In this document: one piece after another, positions 60,316-64,000 of the stretch
Numbering within the stretch: position 1 is the first letter of the stretch
Layout: every line of letters starts with the position of its first letter
Source: Callorhinchus milii
Lineage: Eukaryota
DNA length: 64,000 nucleotides
Assembly (NCBI RefSeq): GCF_018977255.1
Contig: NW_024704756.1
Span: forward strand, 2,790,001-2,854,000
Direction: 5' to 3'
Made by a program: the position numbers and the translations under genes
The notes under the pieces: model-generated
What the model was told of the DNA's origin: nothing
What the model saw: the letters and a program-made list of their open reading frames with translations, nothing else
Databases searched by the model: none

Positions 60316-61209
60316 CAGTGCAGCACAGAGCTCAGCATCATGCACACAGATTCCCTCCTATTCCATCCATCGCAAACTGAATCCGCAGCGAAGTTGCTGA
60401 TTGCTCAGGCAATCAGTCATCGGATGGTCAGCCCGATCTCAAATCTGTGCCATTTCTTCAAAGTTCCTTATTTCTTGTATCACAGTCACTCCACACACAG
60501 ACGAGAGTGTTCACAACTCAAAACGTCGCGTGCGTTTTACTCCTACGAAGTGTGTCATTTTCGCTTTGGCCTTATTCCCGTACAGCCAAAAGCAGGGGAG
60601 CACAAGTCACTCACACATTTCGTCCCTGACCTATTGTAAGGTCCCCGCTAGTTGGAGAAGGGGCATTTGTTAGCCTCTCGCAACCAACATTGAGCCACCA
60701 CAATGGGGCAGTATATCTCTCTGCAGACGAAAACGCCTCATCGTAATTGTCGGTGTTATACCGACCAGGTCTTGTTGCTTGGATTAATTTCATTTATTGC
60801 AGTTCAATGTCTTTGTAAAACACTGTTAGTCTTGGGTGGTTTTTTTTCCTCCAAAAAATAGACATTAACTCTCAATCGTTCAACAACAACTTGCTTTTGA
60901 GTAACACTTTTTCCGTCTCAAACCGTTTCCTGGCACAGGGCCTCAATACAGCTACCACTAGAATGTCGGTCTATTAGGTGTAACGTAGCTAAATCCCTGG
61001 GAGTCCCCACGATGACCCACTGACATGCTCACATAAGGGGCTTTTCTTGCAAATGTGCCAAACGTACCTTCTGCACGGCCAGGCTCTACCTGGGTACATT
61101 ACTCCAAAATGCCACCAGCCAATACATTGGCATTGGGCTGGGTTGTTTCCTGAATGGATGTCCCACAACATTCCTGTTCCATCAATCTGATATCTTCGGC
61201 AGTTGGACC

Positions 61210-62244
61210 TCAGATCTCAGTGATGGATTTGAAACTGTTCCTGAGCAGATTGGGTTTGGGGAAGGTCTTGTTCAACCTGCCTTGGATGGTATGGAACACT
61301 GCCCTTCGGAAAGAGTTGGAGAGGAAAAAGTAGATGATTGGATCCAGGCAGCTGTTTAGGGCAGAGAGACACAAGACCAATTCATTGGCGATGTGCAGGG
61401 TTTGTTTCCACTCACAACTGCTGATGACCTTGATCTGGGAGAGAACGTATGGCACTCGGACAATGTGATACGGCATGAAACAGACCATGTAGATGGCCAG
61501 GACAATGAAGGTTTTCATGATGGCTCTGGTGCTCACTTTCTTAATCTGCTGCTTGGCTTTCCCTTGGGAGATGTTGTAGAGCTTTATTGAAATCTTGGCA
61601 TAGGACACCAGGAATAGCAAGGAGAGGATGTAAATAATGGCTATGGCTACTAGGTTCATCAGACCACTTGTCATGGTCTGCTCTTTATAGTGGAAGCATT
61701 TTTCTTGGGTTGAGCTGTTGAAGCTACTGATTACAAAGGGGAGCATACAGGCGAGGACGCCAACCCACACGAACTTGGAGACAGCTGAGCTCCAGGGCAC
61801 AGTGTGGATCCGGAACTGTTTGAGTGGCTTTGTGATCTTCAGGTAGCGATCCAGGCTAATCAGCCCGAGGAACAGAATGCTGATGTACATGGAACTGTAG
61901 AACGAAGCCCCAATGATCTTACAGAAGTAGCATTTTACCATCCACTTGTACTCCCCAATGTGGTAGGCAATCCTGAAGGGAAGGCAGAGGCACAGCAGGA
62001 GGTCAGCAATGGCCAGGTTCTTCATGTACACGGAGATGGAGGTGGGCTTCCTCTGAATCCTGAAGAAGACCCACAAGGCCAGCGAGTTGCTAGCCAGGCC
62101 AACCACACAGATCAGGGAGTAAATGATGGGCAGGACAGTGGAGAGGAAGTGATCACGGATAATGCATTTTGGGGTTGCTGATGGCACGGAAACATTGCCA
62201 CTTTCTGAGACGTTTGGAAATTGAGAATGGGATGCGTTGTCCAT
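61210..62244 (-). CDS. GPR34-like class A GPCR (P2Y12-like group), single coding exon, 344 aa
   Basis: Seven hydrophobic segments. Motifs NLAIADLL..CLPFRI, ISLDRY, CFHY, CFMPYH..R, NSCLDP.IYF; pattern closest to GPR34. A pyrimidine-rich acceptor lies just upstream of the ATG (AG at about 62255-62254), so the 5' UTR exon is further right. Confidence 0.88.
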   Translation of the reverse strand: MDNASHSQFPNVSESGNVSVPSATPKCIIRDHFLSTVLPIIYSLICVVGLASNSLALWVFFRIQRKPTSISVYMKNLAIADLLLCLCLPFRIAYHIGEYKWMVKCYFCKIIGASFYSSMYISILFLGLISLDRYLKITKPLKQFRIHTVPWSSAVSKFVWVGVLACMLPFVISSFNSSTQEKCFHYKEQTMTSGLMNLVAIAIIYILSLLFLVSYAKISIKLYNISQGKAKQQIKKVSTRAIMKTFIVLAIYMVCFMPYHIVRVPYVLSQIKVISSCEWKQTLHIANELVLCLSALNSCLDPIIYFFLSNSFRRAVFHTIQGRLNKTFPKPNLLRNSFKSITEI

Positions 62245-63050
62245 AGTTTGATGCTGAGAAATGAGAGAGAAAACACAGTTGTGGTTTAAAAATGCAAAAT
62301 CTTGATGTTTGACATTTATGGCATTGGAATGTCTCAGATTCTTGGTTATCTATTGCTCATCAAAGTCTACCATTATATAGATAGCAAGTTTGACCACATT
62401 ACACAGCCCTGACGATCAGCAGCCTTCGTAACAAGGGAGAGCACAGTCATTTTATTGAATCTTTCAATCCCCCTCTTTTTCTTTTCACCCCGTAGATGTT
62501 TTCCAAGGAATCGAACTACGTTAGAGTCAAGAAAGACAATTGAAAGCGCTTAAGGAACGGGGGCGTTGGTGACATTTTGATTTCAACTGAAACCTGTTTT
62601 GGTCACAGTCAGATCTCGGGCCCCTTTAGGCAAGTGAGGCAGGTTTGTCTGTTCTCTCATGGTGGGGCAAGTCATACACGCACACACAGAAAAGTGCGGA
62701 GAGGTAACGGGATGAATCTACAGCACTGGCTGCTTCTGTGGTCTTTGCTGCACTACCTACTGTTTAATCATCTCCTCATGAAACACCTGCCACTCATGGC
62801 CCTCCGATGATTTATTGTTACATCTATGTGCCATTCCATAATAATCCTTGCATCTTCGAGACGCCTCGAAGCGCTTCAAAGGCTCGAGGGGCAGAATGAC
62901 ATACTCCTGTTTCTATGTTTCACAGGATATACTGTAAAGTGCAGTGACTGTGTATTTTGTGGGTACAAAATATTCTCAGACAAAACACAATCTCTTCACT
63001 TGGCAGGAATTTGTGAACAACAATTTGCATTTACATAGTTTAGCGCCCTT

Positions 63051-63360
63051 CATGTAGAATAAAGTGCATCTCGGATTCTGCTGGTTGGAAAATGATTAGC
63101 TTCTCACAGGCACTAGCACTGGCTCTCAAAGCCAACGTACCTCACCGCAAGAGATTAAGAACCTTGGATGTAAAGTAATTGAAAGATCGTCAGATATCAG
63201 GCTCTCATGTAGAATAAAGTGCATCTCGGATTCTGCTGGTTGGAAAATGATTAGCTTCTCACAGGCACTAGCACTGGCTCTCAAAGCCAACGTACCTCAC
63301 CGCAAGAGATTAAGAACCTTGGATGTAAAGTAATTGAAAGATCGTCAGATATCAGGCTCT
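63051..63360. repeat. Perfect 155-bp tandem duplication
   Basis: 63051-63205 and 63206-63360 read identically. Confidence 0.95.
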
Positions 63361-64000
63361 CACAAATGCTGCCCACAGCTTGCAGCAGAAGTTTAATGAT
63401 CTTTATCTGTGCTGCCAGTGAAAATTATTCCATCTGAAAGAGCAGCGAGGCATGCTGTAATAACTGTGAGTGCGATTTGTTCACAGCTTGCACTAAATAT
63501 TCAAGTGGAGTATAATTAAAGGAAGGAGATGGCAAAACTGGCCTCTAGCTATATTTATTATTATTACAACTCATTACTAGGCGGTAATAATCCCTCCGAC
63601 AGAATAATGATAAGAATTTGGTCACTTAATCCACGAATGCTTGTGAGACACTGCTGTATATGATTGTCTGCCGTGATTTGTCCACAAAATACACAGCCAC
63701 AACACTTTACAGTATATCCCGTGAAGCGCTTTGATTTGTATCAACGACGTGAAAAGGTGCTATTTCAAATGCAAGGATTATTATTATTACCATGCTGCCG
63801 TGTCGCCACGACTCTGAGTACACATTGTCTCTGTCTATCCACACTCTAACAACTGTCAATGTATCCTCATTGCCTTCAACTACTGCACTGAATACAGAAG
63901 TGCTCTCTGCATTGACTACAAATATACCATTGCGCCAGTATCCATCTCTCCAAGTAAATACCACCCCTTCTTCTGCTTATACCCACTGCACAGAGTAATA

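Noticed and set aside
62470-62575. Strong + strand acceptor that might be a host-gene (CASK-like) exon
   Set aside because: Stops in all three frames and no recognisable homology.

Overview
Repeat-rich vertebrate genomic DNA, most likely from a cartilaginous fish (inferred from the L2/CR1/Deu-SINE repeat content and compact introns; not proven). Reading splice sites by hand gives five intact genes: FUNDC2 (+, 5 exons, 150 aa), CMC4 (-, 2 coding exons, 65 aa), BRCC3/BRCC36 (+, 8 exons, 261 aa, with a U12-type AT-AC intron), a complete 15-exon monoamine oxidase (+, 519 aa) and a GPR34-like receptor (-, 344 aa). Two observations stand out. First, the MAO and GPR34-like genes sit next to FUNDC2-CMC4-BRCC3 (human Xq28-type block) rather than next to FUNDC1 (Xp11 block), which suggests whole-genome-duplication paralogs not retained at this locus in mammals. 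Second, an unannotated, disabled MTCP1/TCL1-like relic appears to lie in the CMC4 intron, where mammalian MTCP1 sits. Nearly all ORFs in the supplied track are spurious (tandem repeats, SINEs, L2 fragments). I recognised no gene in 1-10 kb. Reference protein comparisons are from memory, not from database searches.
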